From: Leidyana gryllorum EB-2025a
Lineage: Eukaryota > Protista > Apicomplexa
Direction: 5' to 3'
Length of the DNA: 64,000 bases
NCBI GenBank assembly: GCA_048772705.1
Contig: JBLWGC010000043.1
Span: 62,001 to 126,000 of the forward strand
In this document: positions 35,022 to 44,296 of the stretch, piece after piece
Numbering within the stretch: position 1 is the first letter of the stretch
Layout of the letters: each line of letters begins with the position of its first letter
Made by a program: the position numbers and the translations under genes
The notes under the pieces: model-generated
What the model saw: the letters and a program-made list of their open reading frames with translations, nothing else
Database searches by the model: none
What the model was told of the DNA's origin: nothing

Positions 35022-35226
35022 CGAGGCAAGCTTGTTAGCCGTATGAGGAGCCACTGCCGCGCATGTCGAGTTGAAATGCTAGTGGTATGAGGTTCCTTCG
35101 CGGAGAAGTGCTCGATTCAACTCCCAAAAAGTCCGTTTTGGAGTAGGTTGCAGACAGCTCAACCGCTCGAGTCTCTTTGGCTGCTGCAGCTCTTCCGCAA
35201 TTGGCTGCTGCAGCTCTTCCGCAATT

Positions 35227-35297
35227 GCACTTGTGGTCTAAGGGTAAGATGCGACCCTTCCAAGGTCGTGACCCGGGTTCGAGTCCCGGCAGGTGCA
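35227..35297 (+). tRNA. tRNA-Gly(TCC)
   Basis: Copy of 2717-2787. Confidence 0.92.
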
Positions 35298-35586
35298 GCA
35301 GTATGTAGGTCGAACGACCAGTCTATCAGTGAAGTGAGGGGACTAAGTCCAATACAATACTTGACAAGCGCGGGATTCCAACCAACGCCTTTTCGGACTG
35401 CGGCATGCACACAGTGCCTTCAGACCACTCGCCCATGTTGCCAGCTTGGTGAATCGCCGCCAACCAAGCGTTTCCTCTCTGTGGAAGCAGATCCGGGTGC
35501 TCCGAGGTGCCAGACTCGAGTTCCGGTGAGATTGGACGACCTGGGTACCGACCATCCAGCGGCTGGCCGAGTGCCGATACAACGGC

Positions 35587-35666
35587 TGACTAGGGTGGGG
35601 TTCAAACCCACGGCCTTCCGAACTGCGGCCTGAACACAGCGCCCTAGACCACTCGGCCATCTTGCC
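35587..35666 (-). tRNA. tRNA-Leu(CAG), partly decayed
   Basis: rc CTGTG-TTCAGGC-CGCAG. Confidence 0.7.
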
Positions 35667-35756
35667 GCACCGTCGTTGGCTGGTCGCTCCACGCTTTTTT
35701 GTCCTTGAGCCGAAATAGCAAGACTTCTGGGGTTGGAGGCCGGCGTGATCAGGGCG

Positions 35757-35828
35757 TCCGAGATAGTATAGTGGTTAGTATTTCCGCCTGTCACGCGGAA
35801 GACCCGGGTTCGATTCCCGGTCTCGGAG
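35757..35828 (+). tRNA. tRNA-Asp(GTC)
   Basis: Full cloverleaf. Confidence 0.94.
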
Positions 35829-36017
35829 ATAGATTGTCTTCCGCTCTAGATTTCGTGATGCTCACCTGAACGATGCGTGTTACAGCCACCGATGATCGAA
35901 CTTGGGACCTTCTGCGTGGTAAGCAGACGTCGTAACCACTAGACCGTGGCTGCATGAATGGTCCCCGCAGCCCAAGAGAAGTGGCCAAGTTTCAGGGAGT
36001 AGTGAGGACCAGTTCCA

Positions 36018-36100
36018 AGGTCGCGCCGGGAATTGAACCCAGGTCGGGAGAATCAGAGTCTCCAGTGCTAACCACTACACCACCACTACAACACGCAACC
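36018..36100 (-). pseudogene. tRNA-Gln(CTG) with a short internal duplication in the D arm
   Basis: rc GGAGA-CTCTGAT-TCTCC; ACCACTACA duplicated. Confidence 0.75.
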
Positions 36101-36304
36101 GGTTCAGCCCACCCAAAAGAGTCGGTAGAATCAACCGGACTAGCGCTTCCTGAACTGGACACACGCAACACGGGTCTCTCTACTGACCTCTGGGAATATT
36201 TTAGGTGGCTCATGTATATAGCGCCCAGCGTAGAGCGTTGGATTTGAGTCGGACAGAATGCTCACTTCAATCATTGAAGCAATTGCGCTTTTCGCGAATG
36301 CTAC

Positions 36305-36386
36305 CGTCAAGGGTGAGTTTCGAACTCACGCGGGTGACACCCAACGGCTTAGCAGGCGGCCTCCTTAACCACTCGGCCACCTTGCC
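36305..36386 (-). tRNA. tRNA-Ser(GCT), several mismatches
   Basis: Third copy of the Ser(GCT) module. Confidence 0.72.
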
Positions 36387-36722
36387 AAGAGCGTAACTGA
36401 TCACACCTTTCGTCGGGAACCTCGTGCAAACTGTTAGTGATGTGGGTATAGCCCCTTCTAAATGTCAGTATTTGGCTCTGGAATGACTGTTTGGCAGGGT
36501 GGAGGAAGGCCAATCGTGGTGCTTTTGCGGAGCACGTCAGTCGGCTAGTTGGTCCAGTGAGTGTTTACCTCAACTCTGCCTATTTTCGGTCACTTAAAGG
36601 GTGAGCCTGATAAGTTCCAAGTTCGCGGTCAAGCGCCGGCCCAACTGGGCGAGTGTGTTGTCGATGGAGCATCCATCTGCACCCTTTTGACCGGAGGAGA
36701 TGCATCGAGAGAAGTTTCACGA

Positions 36723-36795
36723 GGGAGTGTAGCGCAGTCGGTAGCGCCTAGGTCTCATAATCCTGAAGTCGAGAGTTCAATCCTCCCCACTCCCA
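36723..36795 (+). tRNA. tRNA-Met(CAT), elongator type
   Basis: GGGAGTG/CACTCCC acceptor; CTCATAA loop; TTCAAT T loop. Confidence 0.85.
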
Positions 36796-36938
36796 CGGTC
36801 GGCATCGCAAGCGCCGACTAACTCGTATGGGCCACCTGAGAAGAGTGGACTCTAGCTGTCCGCTAGTGTCTGAGATGTTTGAGTCCAGCTGAGGGGGGAT
36901 CCAGCATCCGGGTCGGTGCCATCTGTCGTGGCAGAAGT

Positions 36939-37012
36939 GGTCGCGTAGCTCAGTCGGTTAGAGCGTGAGCCTAATAAGCTCAAGGTCCCCGGTTCGAGCC
37001 CGGGCGTGACCA
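36939..37012 (+). tRNA. tRNA-Ile(AAT)
   Basis: GGTCGCG/CGTGACC; TGAGC-CTAATAA-GCTCA. Confidence 0.93.
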
Positions 37013-37363
37013 AGTGAGTGGATCTTCGATAAAGAGTCGCCCTGGACTCGAGCATCCCCCAACATTCTGCGACCAATACGAAAGGTACGTGTTATAAAGT
37101 CCTCACTTCCCTGCCGCGCCAGCTCCGTCGGTGGAGCGCAAAACTTTCAATGGAGAGACCGCGGGTTCGGGCAGCGCCAGCAGTCCGAGTCAAGCTTGCT
37201 GAACCGTATGTGAAGCCACTGGCCGCTAAATGCCGAGTTCGACAGGTGGCAACTTGCCCGAGTGTTCAAGGGGGTAGACTAGAAAGCTACTGGGCCTGGC
37301 CAACGAGGTGGCTGTGTTGGTTCTGGGGGCAACTTGTCCCGTCGGATCCACTGACGACCAACG

Positions 37364-37435
37364 GGGCTGTCCTGGGAATCGAACCCAGGACTTCTTCCAC
37401 CCGAAGGAAGAATCATACCACTAGACCAAACAGCC
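37364..37435 (-). tRNA. tRNA-Pro(CGG)
   Basis: Inverted copy of 558-629. Confidence 0.9.
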
Positions 37436-37661
37436 GCCCAGCCGGTGGTTCAACCAGCTGGGCAAAGTCGAGAGACTCGTCTCACTACGTGAAGTATCAC
37501 TCAATGTCATGAGGTAGTCTAACCCAGATGATGAAACGGTGGCTTACTATACGAAAGGTACTGGGATCGATCTCCAGCCCATCCGAGTTAAATCGATGGA
37601 ATGTTCGCTGGAGTAGTCTACTTGGCCTATCAAGGCTGTCTGCCGAAACCGCATCGCTACT

Positions 37662-37741
37662 TCCGGTGGGACGGAATCGAACCGCCGACTATCTGATGCC
37701 AGCACTACAGTCAGATGCTCTACCAACTGAGCTACCCCCGG
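37662..37741 (-). tRNA. tRNA-Tyr(GTA) with a 7-nt intron (37698-37704)
   Basis: rc TCTGA-CTGTAG[TGCTGGC]A-TCAGA; 73 nt after removal. Confidence 0.85.
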
Positions 37742-38069
37742 CCGTCCAACTGCTCCGAGGTTCGAAAGGCTCAACCCCAGATCCTCGCCCTGTCGCACTG
37801 CGGTCTGAGCACAGCGCCTTAGACAAATCGGCCATCTTGCCGGGATGTTGTTGGCTCGCCCCTCGACGCGTTTTCTGTGCTCGGAATCTCATAATGGAAT
37901 AACTTTTGGGGTTGGAGGCCGGCGTGTTCAGGGCATCCGAGATAGTATAGTGGTTAGTATTTCCGCCTGTCCCGCGGAAGACCCGGGTCCGATTCCCGGT
38001 CTCCGGTCTCGGAGCACAGTTGATTTCGCTTAAGATTCTCCCCTTTGGTTCCCGCTGAAAGTTGCAAGC

Positions 38070-38142
38070 TACAGCCACCGAGGATCGAACTCGGGACCTT
38101 CTGCGTGTGAAGCAGACGTCGTAACCACTAGACCATGGCTGC
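38070..38142 (-). tRNA. tRNA-Val(CAC)
   Basis: rc TCTGC-TTCACAC-GCAGA; CCGAG-TTCGATC-CTCGG. Confidence 0.92.
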
Positions 38143-38277
38143 ACGGAGCTTCCGGGCTGTGAAAGGGGCGTGTGTCTTTGGACACACGTATTCGATGAGC
38201 CCGTTCGTCGTCCCTTGACCCTCCACCTGATCTCAAGACGGTACGGCTCTCGTCCAAAGCCTCAACTCGGTCACTTG

Positions 38278-38350
38278 TCCACTGTAGTCTAAGTGGCTAG
38301 GATATGCGGCTCTCACCCGCACGATCCCGGTTCAAGTCCCGGCAGTGGAA
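38278..38350 (+). tRNA. tRNA-Glu(CTC)
   Basis: Copy of 32912-32984. Confidence 0.85.
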
Positions 38351-38418
38351 GCTACTGGAGCAAGGTGCTCCAGCAATCCCCGTCAATAGTGACTGATTCG
38401 TGATCTTCGGCCTGCATT

Positions 38419-38490
38419 GCCTTCTTAGCTCAGGGGCAGAGCATTCGCTTAGTAAGCGAAAGGTCGCCGGTTCTTTTCCGGCAGAAGGCC
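38419..38490 (+). pseudogene. tRNA-Thr(AGT), T loop mutated
   Basis: GGTTCTTTTCC in place of GGTTCGATTCC. Confidence 0.75.
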
Positions 38491-38602
38491 CGACTGCATC
38501 GACTGGGCACCTGCAAGCTGCTCGCAAACTCCACCATCCCGGATGAAGTCCAGACCAGCTGAGGCAAAATCTGAGTTGCAGCAGTTGTGAGGGCTGGAAC
38601 TG

Positions 38603-38673
38603 CTCCAAGACCGGGAATCGAACCCGGGTCTTCCGCGTGACAGGCGGAATACTGACCACTATACTATCTTGGA
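38603..38673 (-). tRNA. tRNA-Asp(GTC), 1-nt deletion
   Basis: Copy of the Asp module. Confidence 0.75.
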
Positions 38674-38788
38674 CGCTAGTAAACACGCCCGCCTCCAACC
38701 CCAGAAGTCCTCGCATTTTGAGCGGGCAGTGGCCCCACATACGGCCGCGGTAGGTGCTCATCTTCACCGCCTTCCGCGACTACCTACC

Positions 38789-38861
38789 GCCTCGGTAGCT
38801 CAGTTGGGAGAGCGCCAGACTGAAGATCTGGAAGTCCCGTGTTCGATCCACGGCCGAGGCA
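38789..38861 (+). tRNA. tRNA-Phe(GAA)
   Basis: GCCTCGG/CCGAGGC; CCAGA-CTGAAGA-TCTGG. Confidence 0.94.
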
Positions 38862-39109
38862 GAGAGGTTGTGACGTTTGGTGTCATCCCTCACAGCCGTG
38901 TGATAGATCAAACTGAAGGCACGTTTGTGCTACTACTCTGCAACTGCTAGAGACATCATACGCAACAGATTCTACAGTCAACGAGTCCAGTTTAGCGGTT
39001 ATTAGAAATAGATTTGCATATTTGATATGAGCTTGCCTGGCCGGAGACCGGGTAACGAACACACACGTTTTTGGTTTTTGTCTTTGGTGAATTGATCTGA
39101 ACTGAAATT

Positions 39110-41326
39110 ATGAACAACGAGCAAGCGACAGTCTTCAATAGTCCAGACAACAGCGGAACTAGCGGAATGTCAGCAATAAGCCTTGTAGGATCCCAGCCTG
39201 GATCAAGAAATTCAACAATGGGGGCTGTTCTGGGAATCCAGGACGGGCTCATCCTACTAACAAACGACGACCTTCCGCAGCGGTTCCCTACACCGCCCGG
39301 ACCCGCCGAGCAGGATAGGCAGCTAGACAATCGAGAAAGTCTACTTAGGAGGTGCAACCTGCCCATTTTTCAAGCGTCGAACCTGGAAGAGTTCGAGTCG
39401 TGGGTAGACGAAATGGCCTTGAAGATTAGACAGAGCCGATTATGCCTAGAACTGTTCAAAGAGAAATGGATAGTTAGCACCCCCAATAAGCTAGTGCAGA
39501 GCCGAATTGCTCGAGCCGGAGGCGCTGACTACGAGGAGTTAGTAGACCAGGTCAGCCGCAGGCTCTTCCCTATGTGCGACGCTACCCTGACGGTGCTCTA
39601 CCGGCGGTTGCTCTGCGGTTCAAGGACTAACTCAGTGGACGAAGCCCGGGGTGCTATCATCACAGTCGGTGAAAGAATCAAACGCCTTAGAGTACGCTAC
39701 CAAAAAACGCTGCCGAGCAGATGCGGACTGGCGGAAGATCTAGTCTTAGCCAGCCTAGCCCTCCACGTGCCGGAAGAAATAGCCGAGGAACTGAACGCAA
39801 TCGAATTCTGCTCATTCGAGGCTAACCCAGAACTAGTAGCACTGCAGGCAGAAAGGAAGAAGCTTAGCAAGATCAAACCCTTCGAAGTCTATGCGGCGAC
39901 AAATCAAACTTCTAGACAGCCGAAGGGAGTGTGCCATGCCTGTGGGGGCGAAGGGCACTGGAGAAAGGACTGCCCCATGAAGAACATTTTCTGCGAGAAC
40001 TGTGGGAGGAAGGGCCACCTGAGCAAGATCTGCAGGAGTGTAGTGGTGACAGACGCGAATGGGCAGAGAACCATCGAGTACGCCACAAACACGATCGGAG
40101 GAGCGAAGTTCATTGTCAAAGGAGATGGCACCGAGGCCGGTAACCTGAGGAAGATCACTGGGGCGTCCCTAGGACTGATGAAGAAGAAAGGGTACCCGAC
40201 GAACCCGGCGCCTCGCAAACCGAAGTGCCAGTCAGCGCAGAAACCCACCGCCGACATGAGTGATGTTCACGTAGCACAAGTCGTAGAGATCGCTGAAGAA
40301 GAAGACGATTCTGGAGATGAAGAACAAGCACCTGGCTGGGAGTGCGGGATGGCTCAGGGCATACAGACCAACACGATTAGGATCAGCATGTTAGTGAATA
40401 AACAACGAGTCGTTGCTGTAGCGGACACAGGAGCCTCGAAAAGTATTTGCGGTGAAGCGGATGCGAGACGGCTAGGGCTACAAGAGGACGGCGAAGTCGC
40501 ATATTTCAAGGGTATTGGACTAGGACGAGGGATCAAACAGAAACCAGCAGAGATAGAGATAGGCGAAACGAAAGCTCTAGCCACATTTTACGTGCTACAA
40601 GGAGTAGGCTGCTTCCCCATTCTGGTAGGAATCCCCGAATTATCCGAACTAAACGCGCTAGTGGACTCGAGGAACCGGGTGCTGCGCAACGGACTAACTT
40701 ACGAAGTTTTAGTGCACGAACAGCTCATAGCAGAATCCACGGACGAAGAAAGCATAGATCACTCACCATCGGAGGGAATGGTAGCAGTGGGAGCTCCTGA
40801 GAACAGAGAGGAGAAGAGCCTCAGCCAGTTGAAGAATTTACTTAGTCACCTACCCACCCAGCGTAGTGAGGAGATTCTCCAGATCTTCCAAGGAGCGGCC
40901 AGCTGCTGGGCGGCTCAACAAGTTGGCGGAATTCAGAGTGCTAAAGCTAGAATAGAGGTAGAAGGTAGACCAGTGAAAGCTAAGCTGAGGAGACTCCCGG
41001 ACGAGTTGAAAGCAGTCATGGAGGAGAACCTGACCAAGATGACGCAGAAAGAAGTCATAAGACCGAGCAACTCAGCCTGGGCGAGTGCCCCGGTATTCGT
41101 GAAGAAGAAGACGGGCGAATGGCGGCTGTCCGTGGATTACCGAGCCCTAAATCGTCAGATCAGAGCTGACAGTTACCCACTCCCTCTGATCTGGGACAAC
41201 TTACAGCTGATGGAGGGCAGGCCATTCAATACGACACTTGACTGCAGTTCAGGATTCTGGAACCTTCCCTTGGAAGAGGAAAGCAAGCAGTACACCGCTA
41301 TGGTCACCCCACAAGGGGCTGTTTGA
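39110..41326 (+). CDS. Ty3/gypsy element D gag-PR-RT(N) polyprotein
   Basis: Two CCHC knuckles (CHACGGEGHWRKDC, CENCGRKGHLSKIC), ADTGA, WASAPVFVKKK..DYRALN; frameshift near 41310. Confidence 0.92.
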   Translation: MNNEQATVFNSPDNSGTSGMSAISLVGSQPGSRNSTMGAVLGIQDGLILLTNDDLPQRFPTPPGPAEQDRQLDNRESLLRRCNLPIFQASNLEEFESWVDEMALKIRQSRLCLELFKEKWIVSTPNKLVQSRIARAGGADYEELVDQVSRRLFPMCDATLTVLYRRLLCGSRTNSVDEARGAIITVGERIKRLRVRYQKTLPSRCGLAEDLVLASLALHVPEEIAEELNAIEFCSFEANPELVALQAERKKLSKIKPFEVYAATNQTSRQPKGVCHACGGEGHWRKDCPMKNIFCENCGRKGHLSKICRSVVVTDANGQRTIEYATNTIGGAKFIVKGDGTEAGNLRKITGASLGLMKKKGYPTNPAPRKPKCQSAQKPTADMSDVHVAQVVEIAEEEDDSGDEEQAPGWECGMAQGIQTNTIRISMLVNKQRVVAVADTGASKSICGEADARRLGLQEDGEVAYFKGIGLGRGIKQKPAEIEIGETKALATFYVLQGVGCFPILVGIPELSELNALVDSRNRVLRNGLTYEVLVHEQLIAESTDEESIDHSPSEGMVAVGAPENREEKSLSQLKNLLSHLPTQRSEEILQIFQGAASCWAAQQVGGIQSAKARIEVEGRPVKAKLRRLPDELKAVMEENLTKMTQKEVIRPSNSAWASAPVFVKKKTGEWRLSVDYRALNRQIRADSYPLPLIWDNLQLMEGRPFNTTLDCSSGFWNLPLEEESKQYTAMVTPQGAV

Positions 41327-43310
41327 ATTCAACGTCATGCCGTATGGAATGAAGAACAGCGGGGCGGAATTTCAGCGTGTCATGGATTCAATTTTTGGAG
41401 AACTCTACGGCAAAGGGGTTTTATGCTATGTCGACGATATAGTTATCTACGCATCAAACACGGAGACCCACGACCAACTACTGACAGAGGTGCTCAAGCG
41501 AGCCTGCGACCACGGAATAGCCCTTAAGATAGAGAAGTCAGAGATTTGCCACTCTGACGTCACAATTTTAGGTCACATCGTGGGGTTGAGAGGGATCCGC
41601 CCGTCTCCTAGAAAAATTCAAGGAATTTGTGACTCAGTACCACCATCGAATCGAGGAGTCCTGAGGAGTTTCCTGGGAGCAGTCTCCTATCTTCGAAAGT
41701 TTGTGCCACACCTATCCGAAATCGTGGAACCCCTACAGTCACTAATTAGAAAGGGCGCTCGGTGGGAATGGACAGACCAGCAGCAGAGAGCTTTCGAGGA
41801 GGTCAAATCTGCGCTAGCTAACACAGTGGCTCTGAGGGCCCCAAAGGGGGACGGAATTTTCCATATCATGACCGACGCTTCAGACATCGGAATTGGAGCG
41901 GTGCTCCTACAGGAACAAGGACCAGAGCGGGTAGCCCTAGAGTTCGCTAGCAAATCCCTGACCAAAGCCGAGAGGAACTGGGACACCCGTGAAAGGGAGG
42001 CCTTCGCAATCAAATGGGCGGTCGAAAAGTTTCGTGATTATGTGAAGTGCCGAGGCACTCGCATTCACACCGACCATCAGTCACTCCTCTGGATGAATAA
42101 CGCGGAACAGGGCAAGGTACGGCGCTGGAGCTTGTTCCTCCAGGAGTACGATTTAGAGATAGTGCATGTTAGCGGGGAGACGAATACCATAGCGGACTGG
42201 CTCTCACGATCTGCGCCGGACCTCAATAGCGATGCTGAGATAGAGCAAGTGGCAGTTCCACTATACACCGCAGTTAGCAACATCTATGCGCCTCGAATCC
42301 CGAGCGTGAACGAACTTAAAAGGGCATATCAACTGATGGATTCGAAAGAGCTGGCGGAAACCTATGAGTCGCCTGACGGGATTAGACTGTCTCAGAGGAC
42401 TAACGGGGTATTCATCCCGAAGCAATATAGAGAAGAGATTGTGCAGTGGTTCCACACCTCGCACTATGGCGGGCACATGGGTGTGAATCGCACGCTCCGA
42501 CGGATGCGACGATGGGTGTACTGGGCTGGGATGGCTCAAGATCTAGCGAAGTTTATCAAGGGATGTCTAGTCTGCGCTCGGAAAGCACCTCATGCAGTGA
42601 ACCTACAGTGGAAAAGGACTCTGGAGAAGCCTAGGCCAATGGAAATGGTGAGCCTAGACTGGGTGGGGCCACGGCTCTGGGAGCAGAAGCAATATTACTA
42701 TCTGGTGATGATAGATCACTGCACTCGCTTCCTCCAACTTGGTCTCAGTTTGTCTCCCCCAACTGCACTCGTCTCAGCTCAGCTATTCCGCGCGTGATGG
42801 ATCTCCTTCTTTGGAGCTCCGACCGCTGTTCTGACAGACAACGGGTCTCACTTCGCAGGACTATTCCAAAGCTTCATCGTTCGGACCTTACAGAGCTACC
42901 ACGCACACTCCTCGCCCTACTACCCACAGGGAAATGGCATCAACGAGGCTTCTCACAAGAGCATAGAAGCCTATCTGGCGGTTGCCTCACTAGACGGGAC
43001 TCTGTCACTAGAAGAAGCTTTACACTACAGTGCACTCGTTCACAATGCTACTCCCCATGCAGCCACCGGCGCCAGTCCTCACTTCCCCTGGGCCGGTTAT
43101 GAACCTGCTCTACCAGGATGGCAACTGTTCAGAAAGGACACGCCTCAGAGTCGTCAAGAGGGACTTCTCCTTCGCCGAGCAAGGGAAATGATGCAGCAGG
43201 GGCTAATAGCGAACAAACGAACCCTTTCAGATCCCCCGTCCTTTCGAGTGGGCGATGTCGTGGTCTATCAGCTGCCAGAAGCCAAACAGGCGCGTCTTCA
43301 GCTAGCACCT
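41238..43310 (+). pseudogene. Element D RT(C)-RNase H-integrase; in-frame TGA at 42795, 3' truncated
   Basis: YVDD, MTDAS, HHCC, SLDW; after the stop WISFFGAPTAVLTDNG..PYYPQGNGINE continues in frame. Confidence 0.9.
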
Positions 43311-43315
43311 GGACA

Positions 43316-43391
43316 TGTCCGCGCCTATTAGGAATCGAGCCTGGGTTTGCACGGCCACAACGTGCTGTCCTAACCACTAGACGACTCGGAC
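43316..43391 (-). pseudogene. tRNA-His(GTG), 3' acceptor strand damaged
   Basis: rc GTCCGAGTCGTCTAGTGGTTAGGACAGCACGTTGTGGCCGTGC. Confidence 0.8.
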
Positions 43392-43608
43392 AAATCTTTG
43401 AGCGAGGCTGTAGAGGTAGCGAAGCATCGATCAGGATGGGATGGAACAGCCACTCCTCAACTTCGGCTGGGACGGAATTTACTCGTGGAATATCTGATGC
43501 CACCACCCCGGGCCGTAAGAGTACTTCGGGGTGGCACACCGCAGCCAGAACGACATCGGCGGTCGCAACGGAAGCCATTAACACTCTGGAACTCAGACGG
43601 AAAGTAAT

Positions 43609-43692
43609 GCACAGATGCCCGAGTGGTCTAAGGGGCCAGACTCAAGTTCTGGTAGGCGCAAGTCTGCATGGGTTCGAATCCCATTCTGTGCA
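43609..43692 (+). tRNA. tRNA-Leu(CAA)
   Basis: GCACAGA/TCTGTGC; CCAGA-CTCAAGT-TCTGG; long variable arm. Confidence 0.93.
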
Positions 43693-43910
43693 ACGGCGAT
43701 CATCCCCCCAAAAAAAGCTGGAAAAGGCCACAGTCGGTTGCATGCACCCGAGTATCCGGCTGTTGCTCTGCTGGTATGATCCTTCCTCAGAGTGGAAGGA
43801 GTCCTGGGTTCGATTCCAGAACAGCCCTATTGGTCGTCGTTTGACTTGACCGGACATGTTGCCCTCAGAACCAACACAGCCACCTCGTTAGCCCGCTTCG
43901 GTAGGGCAGT

Positions 43911-44187
43911 TGTGAGAATTGGGCTCCGTCATCTGCTGGGATTTCTTCAACTCTGTCTGACTGCGTAACTCCATAGTATGTTATCACACTCGTCGATGGG
44001 TTGAGTCACTAGCCACTAAACCACTTAGTAGAATGTCTGTTGTATTCGAGCATTTGCCCCAACAATTCACGTAAAATATACCACGCCACATATACACATA
44101 AATCTATACTGTCTAAGCTGGATTGTGTCTGAGCTCTAATTATCTCTGTGCACATATTTAGCCGATTATCGATGTGCACAGGTTACA
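43911..44187. mobile_element. Solo LTR family L2 (277 bp)
   Basis: TGTGAGA...GGTTACA; reverse-complement relative of 14602-14854; no TSD. Confidence 0.8.
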
Positions 44188-44296
44188 TGTGCTGCCACGG
44201 GAATAGGGGGGTTCTCTATTGGGTGCAATAGGCCTGCTTGTTTCTGGGTTGTGTGCTTCGCTAGTTGGCGTTCTCGACAATTCTTGCAGAAGTGGG

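Larger units (their letters stand above)
31870..38890. repeat. tRNA gene/pseudogene cluster 2
   Basis: Same tRNA-plus-flank modules as cluster 1 in a different order. Confidence 0.95.

Noticed and set aside
42795-42797. TGA readthrough or alternative genetic code
   Set aside because: Single instance in an element that also has a frameshift; Trp is TGG nearby and tRNA-Trp is CCA
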